Source: an uncultured Pirellulales bacterium
Lineage (GTDB): Bacteria; Planctomycetota; Phycisphaerae; Sedimentisphaerales; Anaerobacaceae
DNA: 64,000 nucleotides
Direction: 5' to 3'
Assembly: GCA_964514115.1 (NCBI GenBank)
Contig: CAZEPI010000011.1
Location: 7,443 to 71,442, forward strand
Below are positions 25,668 to 35,178 of this stretch, piece by piece. The notes under the pieces were generated by a model that was not told the DNA's origin, did no database searches, and worked only from the letters and a program-made list of their open reading frames with translations. A program made the translations under genes and the position numbers. Numbering within the stretch: position 1 is the stretch's first letter; every line of letters begins with the position of its first letter.

Positions 25668-27644
25668 TCAGGCGTCGCTGGCGTGACTGATGTAGTGTCT
25701 TTTCGTTACGCTGCGACGGATTCCCAGCACTATCGCGAACATTAGTATCACCGCCGGAGCCATCAGCATATTGAACGCCCGCAGCCAATCACGCAGATGC
25801 TCGACCCTCTGCCGTCTTTTCTTTCCCACTTCCTGAAGCTGCTTTTGGGCTTCTAACTTTTTGAGGTCAAGCTCGTCTTTCCTTTGGAGGAGGTCGCTTC
25901 CGATGATTTGTCTCTCCTGCTCTTCTGTGGTCGTCAGCAGCTTCCTTAGTTCCGCTTCAAAGCCGGCGATTTCGGTGTTGAGCTTGGCGACTTCCTCAAC
26001 CGTCTCGGCCTGCGCCTCGGCCTCGATTTCGTCGACGACCGTAAACGGCCTGCGGAAGTTGCCCCGCGACCTGATAGAAATAAGCTCGCTCGAACCCGAA
26101 AGCTCATCGATAGCGTTCATAAGCAGTGAGCTGTTGTCGGCCACGACTATCTTGCCGAATATCGTGTTCTGATAGGCCATCATATCGCTTATGAAGTCCA
26201 CATCTGAAAATACGATGACCGCGCAGTCCTCCGATGCTTCCACAAGACCGGTGATATGTCTGGTCCTCGGCTCAGCGTCGTTGGCGTCCTCGCTGCCCTC
26301 GGCCTCGAGCTCAATACCGTCCGGAAAACTGCTCTTGAATCTGCCCGTGAGCATATAGCCCATAACCACCGGCTGCGTGCCGTCGATGAACTTGGCCATA
26401 AGCTGACCCGCGTCCATCATTGTAATCTCAAACGGACTGCTTACCGTGAACGAGTTACCTCTATCGGTGGTTGTCAACAAAGGAATGCGTTCGATGTCTC
26501 CCGGCGCGCCGGAATTGGCATCCGCCGCTGGCAGCGTCTCGTTTAAGACGCCTGCAAAAAGAATGCGAACACGGTTCAGCTCGGCCGTTATCACACTATC
26601 GGGATTGAAGTTCGCAGGCGGCGTCAGGTTCAGAAAACCGATAACCGTCTCGGGCCTGCTGTTCGCGGTCAAAGCCGCCCTCAACGCCATTTGCCGGTCA
26701 CCGGCAAATGTGTTTTGTGGTATCTCAAGCCCCCAGGTTCGCAGCAGGGTGTCAAGCTGCGAGCCCTGCGACTGTGTCCCCATCTGGCTCATTGCGGGAT
26801 TAGGCGTGTCGGCGAAACAGTGGGGGTCAACGCAGATAATGGTCCTGCCTCCTTTCAGGATGAACTGGTCAATGGCGAACAACGTCTTTTCCGGCAGGTC
26901 TTTTGGGTGAATCACCAGCAGGATATCGACGTCGTTTATGTCCTCCGTATCGGCGGGAACCGATTGCACGTCGTATTGCTGGCGGAGGTGTTCGATTATC
27001 GTCCACGGCGGCTCGGGCTGCTGACCCTGCATACGCATCATCTGAGCCATATAGCCGCTCACGTCCTGGCCCATAACCGGTAAAGAGCTGAGAACCCCTA
27101 TCCGCTGCTTATGGCGTGTGACCGCAGAGTCAATCAGGTCGCTTATGTCGTATTCCACAAAATTCTGGCGGTCCGGCGAGAAAAACGGTATCGACTTTTC
27201 TACGCCGAATTGAGTCTGCACCACAAGGCCGAAGCAAAATGCCTCCTCTTCAGTAATCGGAAAACGCCTCAGCCCTTGTCGGCTTGCCTCCACCTCATCG
27301 TCGGAAAAAGGCCGAGGGTCAATTATCTCAAGGGCCACCATTCCCTTCGCTGCTGCCACGTATTCGGCGAGCAGGGCTTTGACATACTCATAGTAGTTGT
27401 TGAAATACTTGATTTGGTCCGGGGCCTTCATCGCCGCGGTTTTGGCGTAATAGAGCTTGAGCTTAATCGGCTGATTGAGCTTAGCCAAAATCGCCTTGCT
27501 GCCGTCCGAGAGTGTATAAAGCTTTTGCTCGGTGGCATCAATCTTAATACGCCCGCCCGTGTTCTGGCAGATGCTTATCGCACCGAACGCTATGACCAAG
27601 ACAAAAATGATGCCCGTTATTGCTCTTATTGTTCTGTTCATCAA
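25668..27644 (-). CDS. GldG-like ABC-transporter auxiliary protein
   Basis: 658 aa with N- and C-terminal TM helices. Its start overlaps the permease stop by 4 nt. The position after ABC-2 permease genes is typical. Confidence 0.65.
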   Translation of the reverse strand: MMNRTIRAITGIIFVLVIAFGAISICQNTGGRIKIDATEQKLYTLSDGSKAILAKLNQPIKLKLYYAKTAAMKAPDQIKYFNNYYEYVKALLAEYVAAAKGMVALEIIDPRPFSDDEVEASRQGLRRFPITEEEAFCFGLVVQTQFGVEKSIPFFSPDRQNFVEYDISDLIDSAVTRHKQRIGVLSSLPVMGQDVSGYMAQMMRMQGQQPEPPWTIIEHLRQQYDVQSVPADTEDINDVDILLVIHPKDLPEKTLFAIDQFILKGGRTIICVDPHCFADTPNPAMSQMGTQSQGSQLDTLLRTWGLEIPQNTFAGDRQMALRAALTANSRPETVIGFLNLTPPANFNPDSVITAELNRVRILFAGVLNETLPAADANSGAPGDIERIPLLTTTDRGNSFTVSSPFEITMMDAGQLMAKFIDGTQPVVMGYMLTGRFKSSFPDGIELEAEGSEDANDAEPRTRHITGLVEASEDCAVIVFSDVDFISDMMAYQNTIFGKIVVADNSSLLMNAIDELSGSSELISIRSRGNFRRPFTVVDEIEAEAQAETVEEVAKLNTEIAGFEAELRKLLTTTEEQERQIIGSDLLQRKDELDLKKLEAQKQLQEVGKKRRQRVEHLRDWLRAFNMLMAPAVILMFAIVLGIRRSVTKRHYISHASDA

Positions 27645-28372
27645 GCCGCCTTCCTTTCTTCCAGAACAACGCCACTTGCCGCAATCCAGCCGATTATCAG
27701 CAGCACAAAATAGGATGCGTCTCTGAACTGAACTACGCCTCTCTGAATCGACTCAAAGTGGGTCTGCAGGCTCATCGTCTCAATTGCCGAAACCAGCCCG
27801 CCGGGCAAGAACGTCGAGAGATAGTCCATCGTTGTCGGCATCCCCGCAAAAACCAGAATCGCGCACGCCACCACCGATAGTACGAAGCTGATGACCTGAT
27901 TCTTGCTGACTGCGGAGAAGAAACATCCGACGGCCAGAAATGCGCCGGCCATCAGGAAGCTGCTGATATAACCGGTCACTATCAAACCGGCGTCCGGGTC
28001 GCCCAGGTAGCAGACAGTTATCACCACAGGGAATGTCAGGCCCAGCGCTATGCCCAAAAAGAACCAGGCCGCGAAGAATTTGCCCAGGACCGCCTGGGTC
28101 ACCGTTATGGGAAGCGTAAGCAAAAGCTCCACGGAGCCGCTTCTGCGTTCCTCGGCCCAGAGCCGCATCGCCGCGGCCGGTACTAAAAATACAAACAGAA
28201 GCGGCATATTGGCAAAAAACATGCTCAGATCCGCCTGACGTATCTCATAGAAGCCCTGCTTGAACGTCAAATACCCCGAGAAGAACAAGAACACCATGAG
28301 AAAAACATAAGCGATGGGCGTCGTAAAATACGACTTCAACTCTCTCTTGAATACCGCCCGAAAGCCGTTCAT
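27641..28372 (-). CDS. ABC-2 type transporter permease
   Basis: Six-TM pattern. The start is chosen at ATG 28372 (MNGFRAVFKRELKSYF), which is preceded by AAGGAG. Confidence 0.8.
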   Translation of the reverse strand: MNGFRAVFKRELKSYFTTPIAYVFLMVFLFFSGYLTFKQGFYEIRQADLSMFFANMPLLFVFLVPAAAMRLWAEERRSGSVELLLTLPITVTQAVLGKFFAAWFFLGIALGLTFPVVITVCYLGDPDAGLIVTGYISSFLMAGAFLAVGCFFSAVSKNQVISFVLSVVACAILVFAGMPTTMDYLSTFLPGGLVSAIETMSLQTHFESIQRGVVQFRDASYFVLLIIGWIAASGVVLEERKAA

Positions 28373-28409
28373 TCCAAACTCCTTAAGTAAACTCAAAGCC
28401 GCAAAAAAG

Positions 28410-29129
28410 CTATGCAACCTTGCTGGTCGTTATTTTTCTGAAGACCTCGTCAAGGGTCCCTTTGTATTTCTCTTTGAGCTTATCCGGTGTTGAATCGGCC
28501 AAGATTTTGCCCCGTGCAATTATTATCGTCCGCGTGCAAACCGTGTCCACCTCCTCAAGTATGTGAGTTGAGACGATTATGCATTTATCTTTGGCCATCT
28601 TATTTATAAGCCGATGCACCTCGTATTTTTGATTCGGGTCGAGTCCGTCGGTTGGCTCGTCGAGTATCAGCACCTCCGGGTCGTGGATTAGCGCCTGGGC
28701 CAGTCCGACCCGACGCCTGTAACCCTTCGATAGTGTCTCTATGGTCTGGTGATAAACCGATTGAATCGCACACATAGGGACGATTCGGTCCAGCGCGCGC
28801 TTGCGCTCGGCACCGAAGATTCGCCTGGCGTCACAGATGAATTTCAGGAGGCCGCCTACCGTCATCTCGCTATAGGCCGGCACGTTCTCCGCTAGATATC
28901 CAATGGTGCGTCTGACCTCGAGGGGCGACTTTAGTATGTCGTGGCCGCAGATTGTGGCTGTGCCGCTGTCGGGCTTCAAAAAGCACGCCAGCATCCGCAT
29001 AACCGTGCTCTTGCCCGCGCCGTTCGGGCCGAGAAAACCCAAGACCTCGCCCCTGCCCGCCTCGAACGACACACCGTCAACGGCGACAATCGGGCCGAAG
29101 CTGCGCCTTAGTTCCTTAATACTTATCAT
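28410..29129 (-). CDS. ABC transporter ATP-binding protein
   Basis: Walker A GPNGAGKST, signature LSKGYRRRV, Walker B ILILDEPT. The start is at ATG 29129, preceded by AGGAG. Confidence 0.92.
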   Translation of the reverse strand: MISIKELRRSFGPIVAVDGVSFEAGRGEVLGFLGPNGAGKSTVMRMLACFLKPDSGTATICGHDILKSPLEVRRTIGYLAENVPAYSEMTVGGLLKFICDARRIFGAERKRALDRIVPMCAIQSVYHQTIETLSKGYRRRVGLAQALIHDPEVLILDEPTDGLDPNQKYEVHRLINKMAKDKCIIVSTHILEEVDTVCTRTIIIARGKILADSTPDKLKEKYKGTLDEVFRKITTSKVA

Positions 29130-29174
29130 TTCATGCTCCTGCCACAACGCTTCGCTATCTCTTAATTTCGCGCG

Positions 29175-29202
29175 ATTGTAACGATATCCGAGGATTGGTC
29201 AA
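29175..29202 (-). promoter_or_regulatory. sigma70-like promoter (minus strand) for the ABC-2 operon, inside repeat copy A
   Basis: The minus strand reads TTGACC (29202-29197), a 16-nt spacer, then TACAAT (29180-29175). Confidence 0.5.
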
Positions 29203-29262
29203 GCCCTTGTCCTGCCCCCGTCATCTCCGCGGGTTTGTTAGCACCCGGGGTATCTCATCGTG

Positions 29263-29370
29263 CTACCAGAAAAGCACGTAGAGCGTTATGTAAATCGCAA
29301 GAAGTATTCCCCACCAGAGAAGGAGCCGCTTGTACCAGGGATACGGACGCAACGGGTCGGCTCGCAGCGG
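29263..29370 (-). pseudogene. 3'-terminal fragment of a sodium:solute symporter gene (last about 35 codons)
   Basis: The translation PLRADPLRPYPWYKRLLLWWGILLAIYITLYVLFW* matches the C-terminus of 31501..33102 (PLRADPSRPAGRRPFREYPWYKRLVLWWGILLAIYVTLYVIFW*). An in-frame TAG lies immediately upstream. Confidence 0.8.
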
Positions 29371-29484
29371 CTATTTGTCTGCTGCGACAGGAGAATGTGG
29401 TGTTGAAGGGAGCCGGAAAGCATTCTTGCTTCTGCCCGCGTTTCGGGTATACAGCCGATATCACAGGGACTGCTCCGAAGTTTC

Positions 29485-31332
29485 TCAGTCAGCGCCGGTG
29501 TACAGTCGGGTCAGAGCTTTGAGCGATTCTTTGCTTTCGTGATTTACGGTTAGAACACCGTAAGGGCCGAAAACCGCATAGTCAATGAATTCGCGTCTGT
29601 GGTAATAGTCTGCCCAGCACCAAAGAGCGCCACCAGACACATCAGGAATACTGCTTATAGCCTCCCAGACTTTCTCAATGTATCGGGCCTGGAAGTCCTC
29701 AGAGTAGTGGACGTTGCCACGGATGCCTTTGATGCCGCGTGTGCCGAATTCACTGATGATGATAGGTTTATTCCAGTATCGCCTTTGACGCATGATGTGT
29801 TGTTGCGAGGGTATTCGCACATTTGAGTCAAGCTGGTCGGGGTGATGGGCGACGGGTCCCATGAAGATTCCATAGTAGATATTGAAGCACACTATATCAG
29901 CCTGCTCGAAGGCGCGGTGGTCTTTTGTTTCACCGCTGGCAACAAACGTGACGAGCCGAGTGGTGTCGAGTTCTCTTGCCTCCGAAATAAGCTCTCGCAT
30001 GACTTCAATACCGATTTCATTGTCGGTCGCACATTCATTGCACATGCTCCAGATGATTATACAGGGATGGTTTTTATCTCTTCGAATCATTTTTCTGAGG
30101 ACATTTCTGGCTTGCGTGAGTATTGCAACATCCTGAGTGACTTCTTTGCTCCACCATTTCTGTCCCCACCAGTTAAACGGCAATTCTTCAATCATAAGGA
30201 AACCCATTTCATCGAACAGAGACAGCATATCGGGGGAGTTCGGGTAATGAGTGCGGATGAGGTTGACCCCTGCCTGCTTGATTTTACAGAGGTCTTCGAT
30301 GATGAGCTCCCTTGGTGGAGTGGGGCCCAGTTTGCCGTAGATGTCATAGCGGTTTACGCCTCTGACCTTGAGCTCACGGCCGTTTAAGAGGATCTTATTC
30401 CCATCAACAGCGATGGTTCTTACTCCAAAACGATCGGTGAAGCTGTCAATGATGCTATCTTCCGACTTAAGTGAGGCAGTAAGCTTGTAAAGTACCGGGG
30501 AGTCCGGAGACCATAATGAGGCATGAGGCATTTTGAACTCAATCTCGCGCAGGACTGAAGCGCCTGGCGGAACTGCAATGGACGTCTCAGATGTGGCGTC
30601 CAATCCTTCGACATTGACACAGAATTTTACTTTTGCCTGGTCTTGCCGATGGTTAACAATTTCGACTTTGCAGTTCACCTTTGCCCCATCGCCATCGGGC
30701 AGAGCTCTAATGGTAAGATCACTCAGGTAGAGCGGGTCGGTGGCAACTAGATTAACCGGCTGGAGTATGCCGCCGTATTGCACCCATTCGATGTTCGAAG
30801 CGGCGGGCAGCCATTCAACACGAGGCCTGTTATCAACACGGAGCACAAGTTGATTCGCTGTGTCAGGTTTAAGATTGGCCGTGACGTCAACCTCAAAAGG
30901 CAGGTAACCACCGATATTTTCACCTACAAGCTCGCTGTTGAGCCATACTTTCGAATAATAATTAACCCGGCCAAAAACAAGCCGGTGTATCATTGCGGGG
31001 ATAACATTTTCATCTTCAATCGTGGTACAGTACCATCCAATCCCCTCATAGCCCCAAAGAGCCTCGTTGAGACAATCCCAGGCCTTCGGCACTTCAACTT
31101 CGGCCCAATCGCTGCGACAAAAATCATCTGCGTACCAGATCTCTTTTTCGCCGATGTCGAAGGCATCGATCTGAAATCGCCAGCCCCGATTCAGAATGTG
31201 CTCGGTCCTGCCCGTGTGCGAGACTTTCGGACGGCACAACTCGAGCCTGTTTTGACAGCCGTTGTTCATAAGATTTAAGCTTGCCGTTGCAAGCGACGCT
31301 TTTTTCAGGAACTCTCGACGGTTCATAACCAC
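29485..31332 (-). CDS. Tat-exported glycoside hydrolase family 2 (beta-galactosidase/glucuronidase-like)
   Basis: Tat signal NRREFLKKASLATASL. GH2 blocks NHPCIIIWSMCNECA and IISEFG. Confidence 0.85.
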   Translation of the reverse strand: MVMNRREFLKKASLATASLNLMNNGCQNRLELCRPKVSHTGRTEHILNRGWRFQIDAFDIGEKEIWYADDFCRSDWAEVEVPKAWDCLNEALWGYEGIGWYCTTIEDENVIPAMIHRLVFGRVNYYSKVWLNSELVGENIGGYLPFEVDVTANLKPDTANQLVLRVDNRPRVEWLPAASNIEWVQYGGILQPVNLVATDPLYLSDLTIRALPDGDGAKVNCKVEIVNHRQDQAKVKFCVNVEGLDATSETSIAVPPGASVLREIEFKMPHASLWSPDSPVLYKLTASLKSEDSIIDSFTDRFGVRTIAVDGNKILLNGRELKVRGVNRYDIYGKLGPTPPRELIIEDLCKIKQAGVNLIRTHYPNSPDMLSLFDEMGFLMIEELPFNWWGQKWWSKEVTQDVAILTQARNVLRKMIRRDKNHPCIIIWSMCNECATDNEIGIEVMRELISEARELDTTRLVTFVASGETKDHRAFEQADIVCFNIYYGIFMGPVAHHPDQLDSNVRIPSQQHIMRQRRYWNKPIIISEFGTRGIKGIRGNVHYSEDFQARYIEKVWEAISSIPDVSGGALWCWADYYHRREFIDYAVFGPYGVLTVNHESKESLKALTRLYTGAD

Positions 31333-31384
31333 TGGCTTTCAAGACGTGTTCTCATTTGGATTGGGGCACGACTTTTATAATCAG

Positions 31385-31632
31385 ACGCTTCGCTATCTCA
31401 TAATTTTGTGCGATTGTAACGATATAAGAGGATTGGTCAAGCCCTTGTCCTGCCCCCGCCATCTCCACTGGCCTGTTAGCACCCGGGGTATCTTCCTGTG
31501 CTACCAGAAAATCACGTAGAGCGTTACGTAAATCGCAAGAAGGATTCCCCACCAGAGAACGAGGCGCTTGTACCACGGATACTCCCGGAAGGGACGCCTT
31601 CCGGCGGGACGCGACGGGTCGGCTCGCAGCGG
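31385..31632. repeat. direct repeat copy B (248 bp) of 29147-29370
   Basis: See copy A. This copy covers the 3' end of the intact symporter gene plus the intergenic promoter region. Confidence 0.85.
31413..31440 (-). promoter_or_regulatory. sigma70-like promoter (minus strand) for the GH2 gene, inside repeat copy B
   Basis: The minus strand reads TTGACC (31440-31435), a 16-nt spacer, then TACAAT (31418-31413). Confidence 0.5.
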
Positions 31633-33102
31633 TTTGAGCATCGCCGGCTTCCATACCCATTTGTCAACCCTCTCGGGGTCGGGGCCCGGCTTTAGGTAAG
31701 TCACGCAGACGTGGAAAATAATCATAGGAACGAGCAGCAAACCGGCCATGTTGAAATGGTTCACCTCGACCTTGAGAACTTTGAAGACGAACGGAAGCAG
31801 AGTCATCGGAAGACAGAGGAGCAGCGTTGAACTGGCGGCTAAGTTGTTCGACCTTCGCCAGAACAGACCTGATACGAAGACGACGACGACCGGCACAGCC
31901 ATGAAGAACCAGCATTGCTGAAAATAGCCGAAGATGGACTCCCACTTACCGACAACCGGCGCCCAGAGGACACCTATTGTCAGTATTGCGGTAGAAGCGA
32001 ACCGGCCAAAGCGAATCATATCGGGATCGCTCGCGCCCTTCCTCCAGAATCGTTTGTAGAAATCAATTGTAATCACGGTCGAGCAGGAGTTTGTCAGTGA
32101 CTCGATTGTTGACATGATAGCACCGGCTAATCCGGCGAATATCAAACCCCTGATGCCGTAGCCCAGCGGCCCGATAAGGGCACTTACAATTTTAGGGTAC
32201 GCCTCATCAGGATTCTCAAGGTTTGGGAACAGCCGATACGCAACCAGCCCCGGAAAGCAGACGGCGAAGGTCAGGAATATACCGAGAAATGCCGCAAACA
32301 GGATGCCCGCCCGAGCATGCCAGTCGTCCTTGGCGCCGAGCACCCGCTGGTTTATGTATTGGTTGGTTGCGTAGTACCAGACGTTAGTCGATAGAAACAG
32401 GACCATCATACCGGTCCAGGGAAGCTCAGGGTGGTCGTAGGGTAACATCAGGTGTGCCCGGCTGCCCGTGCCGCGCAAGGCCTCCCAGCTTCCGAGCTCA
32501 TTTAAGCCGAGAAAGAAGACCAGCAGGCCGCCACCTAAGAGCAGAATCGTCTGCAGGACATCGGTCCACACTACCGAAGCCAGTCCGCCGGCCACCGTGT
32601 ACGCACCCGCGACCACCGCCAGGAGCAGTATGGCCAGCCAGATGTTGACGCCGAAAATGGAATGCAGCGCCAGACCACCGGCGTAAAGAACGCCCGCTAA
32701 GTTGATAAATGCATACGATAACACCGTGATAAGCGCAAAGATAACGCGAGCCGACGGGCCAAACCGATTCTCAAGATACTCCGGCATTGTGGCGATGCGA
32801 CGGCGAAGATAAAACGGGGCAAAGAATGCAACCATAATGGTCATAGCCGGGAATACGCCCCACTCCCAGTTGGAAACAGCAAAGCCATATCGGTATGCAA
32901 AACCCACCTCGCCTATGAACTGCTCGGTGGAAATGCTCGAGGCCACCATGGAAAAACCAATCGCAAACCAGGGAAGTTTGTCCCCGGCCAGGAAGTAATC
33001 GATGGCGGTGGGCTTTTCCCTTCTGGCTACCCAGAAACCTATCGCCAGGACCGCTGCGATGTACCCGAAAAAGACAGTGTAATCCAAAATGCTGAGTTCC
33101 AT
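31501..33102 (-). CDS. sodium:solute symporter (SSS) family transporter
   Basis: 533 aa with about 13-14 TM segments. The N-terminal pattern DYFLAGDKLPWFAIGFSMVASSISTEQFIG is typical of SSS transporters. Confidence 0.85.
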   Translation of the reverse strand: MELSILDYTVFFGYIAAVLAIGFWVARREKPTAIDYFLAGDKLPWFAIGFSMVASSISTEQFIGEVGFAYRYGFAVSNWEWGVFPAMTIMVAFFAPFYLRRRIATMPEYLENRFGPSARVIFALITVLSYAFINLAGVLYAGGLALHSIFGVNIWLAILLLAVVAGAYTVAGGLASVVWTDVLQTILLLGGGLLVFFLGLNELGSWEALRGTGSRAHLMLPYDHPELPWTGMMVLFLSTNVWYYATNQYINQRVLGAKDDWHARAGILFAAFLGIFLTFAVCFPGLVAYRLFPNLENPDEAYPKIVSALIGPLGYGIRGLIFAGLAGAIMSTIESLTNSCSTVITIDFYKRFWRKGASDPDMIRFGRFASTAILTIGVLWAPVVGKWESIFGYFQQCWFFMAVPVVVVFVSGLFWRRSNNLAASSTLLLCLPMTLLPFVFKVLKVEVNHFNMAGLLLVPMIIFHVCVTYLKPGPDPERVDKWVWKPAMLKPLRADPSRPAGRRPFREYPWYKRLVLWWGILLAIYVTLYVIFW

Positions 33103-33140
33103 CTGTGCGTCCTGCTATATATCAATGGAATAAAGAGGCA

Positions 33141-34070
33141 TCAGCCGGCCGAGACTTCTTTGTAGAGGTCGGCATAGGTACAGGGCTTAAGGCCGAGCTT
33201 GCGAACGTGCGTAAACGTCAGTTCGAGCATCTTCATTTCCGGGTCGAACGAGTGAAGTGACCACGGATGCCATATAAGCGAGACAAACGGCTTGTCTCGT
33301 TCGAGCGCCTTTTCCAAAAAGACACGGTTGACTTCAAACTCATCCTGCGGTGTTTTGGCAAAGTCGGCGGGGATGGCTTCCGGCATCGGCGAGGGCCAGA
33401 GGGTCAGCCGTTTCGGTCCCCAGTTGTTGTTGTCTTTTAGCAGGTTCTCATGCCAGCCGTGGCCCGGTAGCTCCCAGATCTCAGGAAATCCTTCTGCACT
33501 ATAGGTAAAGGGCCTCCTGAGCAGAGCCGGCATTGAGTAATCCGGCCCCCAGAGCAAACTGCTGACGTATCTGTGTCCGGCTTCCTGAAACAGCTTGAGA
33601 ACATCGACGGCGCCTTTCAGGCCATCGTCGAAGCCGCAGGGTGTCCGAAACCCGATACAGGGACGCTCAAAGACTTGCTCAATTACCTCCTTCGCTTTGA
33701 ATAGCTCCTTTTGTTTCTCCTCATGCGATACCGCCGGGCCGCAGAATATATGGTCTCGCAGCATTTGATGCGAATAGCTATGTGAGGCAATCTCGAAAAG
33801 GGGGTCGTCAAGCAGTTGTTTGTATTCTCTGGGGTTCGCCTCAAGTGTCCTGCCGACGATGAAAAAAGTCGCCGGCATCTCCATGCGCTTGTGCACTTCG
33901 ACAATCCTCCCGCACGCGTTCAGGCAGGCAGGAGATTCGGTATCGTAGGCGGCAATGTACCTTGTCACCTTATCCTCTTGCTGTGCCCTTGCTGTGTTCA
34001 AAGGCATGGTTGAAGCGGCAAGAGCCGCCGCTGTGGTCTTTACAAATTGTCTTCTTGTAAGGTCTTTCAT
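33141..34070 (-). CDS. Tat-exported polysaccharide deacetylase (CE4/NodB-like)
   Basis: Tat signal TRRQFVKTTAAALAAST. NodB-type motifs FFIVGR and EIASHSYSH. Confidence 0.75.
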   Translation of the reverse strand: MKDLTRRQFVKTTAAALAASTMPLNTARAQQEDKVTRYIAAYDTESPACLNACGRIVEVHKRMEMPATFFIVGRTLEANPREYKQLLDDPLFEIASHSYSHQMLRDHIFCGPAVSHEEKQKELFKAKEVIEQVFERPCIGFRTPCGFDDGLKGAVDVLKLFQEAGHRYVSSLLWGPDYSMPALLRRPFTYSAEGFPEIWELPGHGWHENLLKDNNNWGPKRLTLWPSPMPEAIPADFAKTPQDEFEVNRVFLEKALERDKPFVSLIWHPWSLHSFDPEMKMLELTFTHVRKLGLKPCTYADLYKEVSAG

Positions 34071-34073
34071 TTT

Positions 34074-35156
34074 TCAGTCCTCTTTTCTCTTGCTCTGGAC
34101 TTTGGCCAGCATGCTTGGCCTGACGATTTTGAATGCGCCATCCGGCACCCACTCAACCTCGGTGAAACCGAGTTTCCAGTAGTCTCTCGGTCCGAACGTA
34201 CCGGAGCGATACCATTTGCCGTTGAGTTCGACCATTTCACCGGCAAAGCCGATGTCGATTCTCTTGCCGTTGTACTCGGTGTCATAGACGTGTACCGCCG
34301 AGCCCCTGAAGTCTGTCGGGTCGTCGGAGACAATGTACTGCCAGTTACCAAGCATAATCCATTTGCCACTGAGGGGGTGTTTCAAGACGTTGAGACTTTC
34401 TGCGCTGTGGAAGTAACCTCCGATTCCTTCGGCCGTAGCACCGTAGTCAAAGTCCGGGTCGAGCTTTGAGAAATCAGCACAGATGCCGAGCGATTTCCAG
34501 TTCCTCAAATCTGTTGATTTGGACACATTTGCCTGCATTGTGCCTATCGTGCTGTAAAGCAGCCAGCGGCTGTTTTCTTCGTCGCGGACAACGTGAGAAT
34601 CGCGTCCCTGGACCTGCAATCCTTTGGCCGGGTCGGCGATTTTGGTCCAGTCGGTTAGGTCCTTTGAATATGCCAGGCCCTGAGCTTCGCGGTGTCCCTT
34701 GAATACCCACGGGTGGTCGTGACCGAGCTTGCGGTATTCCATCGGCCGAGTCGGATGGACGATGCCCGAGTAGAACATATAGAAACCATCGTCGGCTTTG
34801 AAAACAAACGGCGCCCATATCTCATGCTGGTCGAATGTCCCCTCGCGGTGAGAAGAGTGCAATACATGTCCCCGGAATTCCCAGTTGACCAGGTCCTTGC
34901 TGATGCTCCAGGCGACGGTCTCTTCATTGCCGGTGTAGCCGTGATAGTAACCTGCGGTTCCGCTGATGTTGTAGAGGTGATACCAGCCGTCGTGAAAGAC
35001 TATAGTGTGGTCCTTCATATACTCACCCGGCGGAGCATAGGCACACTCCACCGGCGAGAGCGGTTTTTCCGCTACTGCGGTGCAGGCAAGCAAAAGGACG
35101 GCAAGAAATGCGGAGCTACACATCCTTAATCTTCGGCTTGATTTCAGATTCACCAT
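34074..35156 (-). CDS. five-bladed beta-propeller glycoside hydrolase-like protein (GH32/43/68 clan)
   Basis: Signal peptide. Motifs WYHLYNI, WSISKDLVNWEFRG and EIWAPFVFKADDGFYMFYSG resemble clan GH-J/F blades. The family is not resolved. Confidence 0.55.
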   Translation of the reverse strand: MVNLKSSRRLRMCSSAFLAVLLLACTAVAEKPLSPVECAYAPPGEYMKDHTIVFHDGWYHLYNISGTAGYYHGYTGNEETVAWSISKDLVNWEFRGHVLHSSHREGTFDQHEIWAPFVFKADDGFYMFYSGIVHPTRPMEYRKLGHDHPWVFKGHREAQGLAYSKDLTDWTKIADPAKGLQVQGRDSHVVRDEENSRWLLYSTIGTMQANVSKSTDLRNWKSLGICADFSKLDPDFDYGATAEGIGGYFHSAESLNVLKHPLSGKWIMLGNWQYIVSDDPTDFRGSAVHVYDTEYNGKRIDIGFAGEMVELNGKWYRSGTFGPRDYWKLGFTEVEWVPDGAFKIVRPSMLAKVQSKRKED

Positions 35157-35178
35157 ACTATTGCCCCCTTTACAGGCC

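Larger units (their letters stand above)
29147..29370. repeat. direct repeat copy A (224 bp) of 31385-31632
   Basis: My hand alignment gives about 22 mismatches in 224 aligned positions plus one 24-nt indel. Confidence 0.85.

Noticed and set aside
29147-31632. The GH2-flanking repeats as ends of a transposon or IS.
   Set aside because: The repeats are direct, not inverted. They consist of recognisable host sequence (a symporter 3' end plus a promoter), and no transposase or integrase lies between them.
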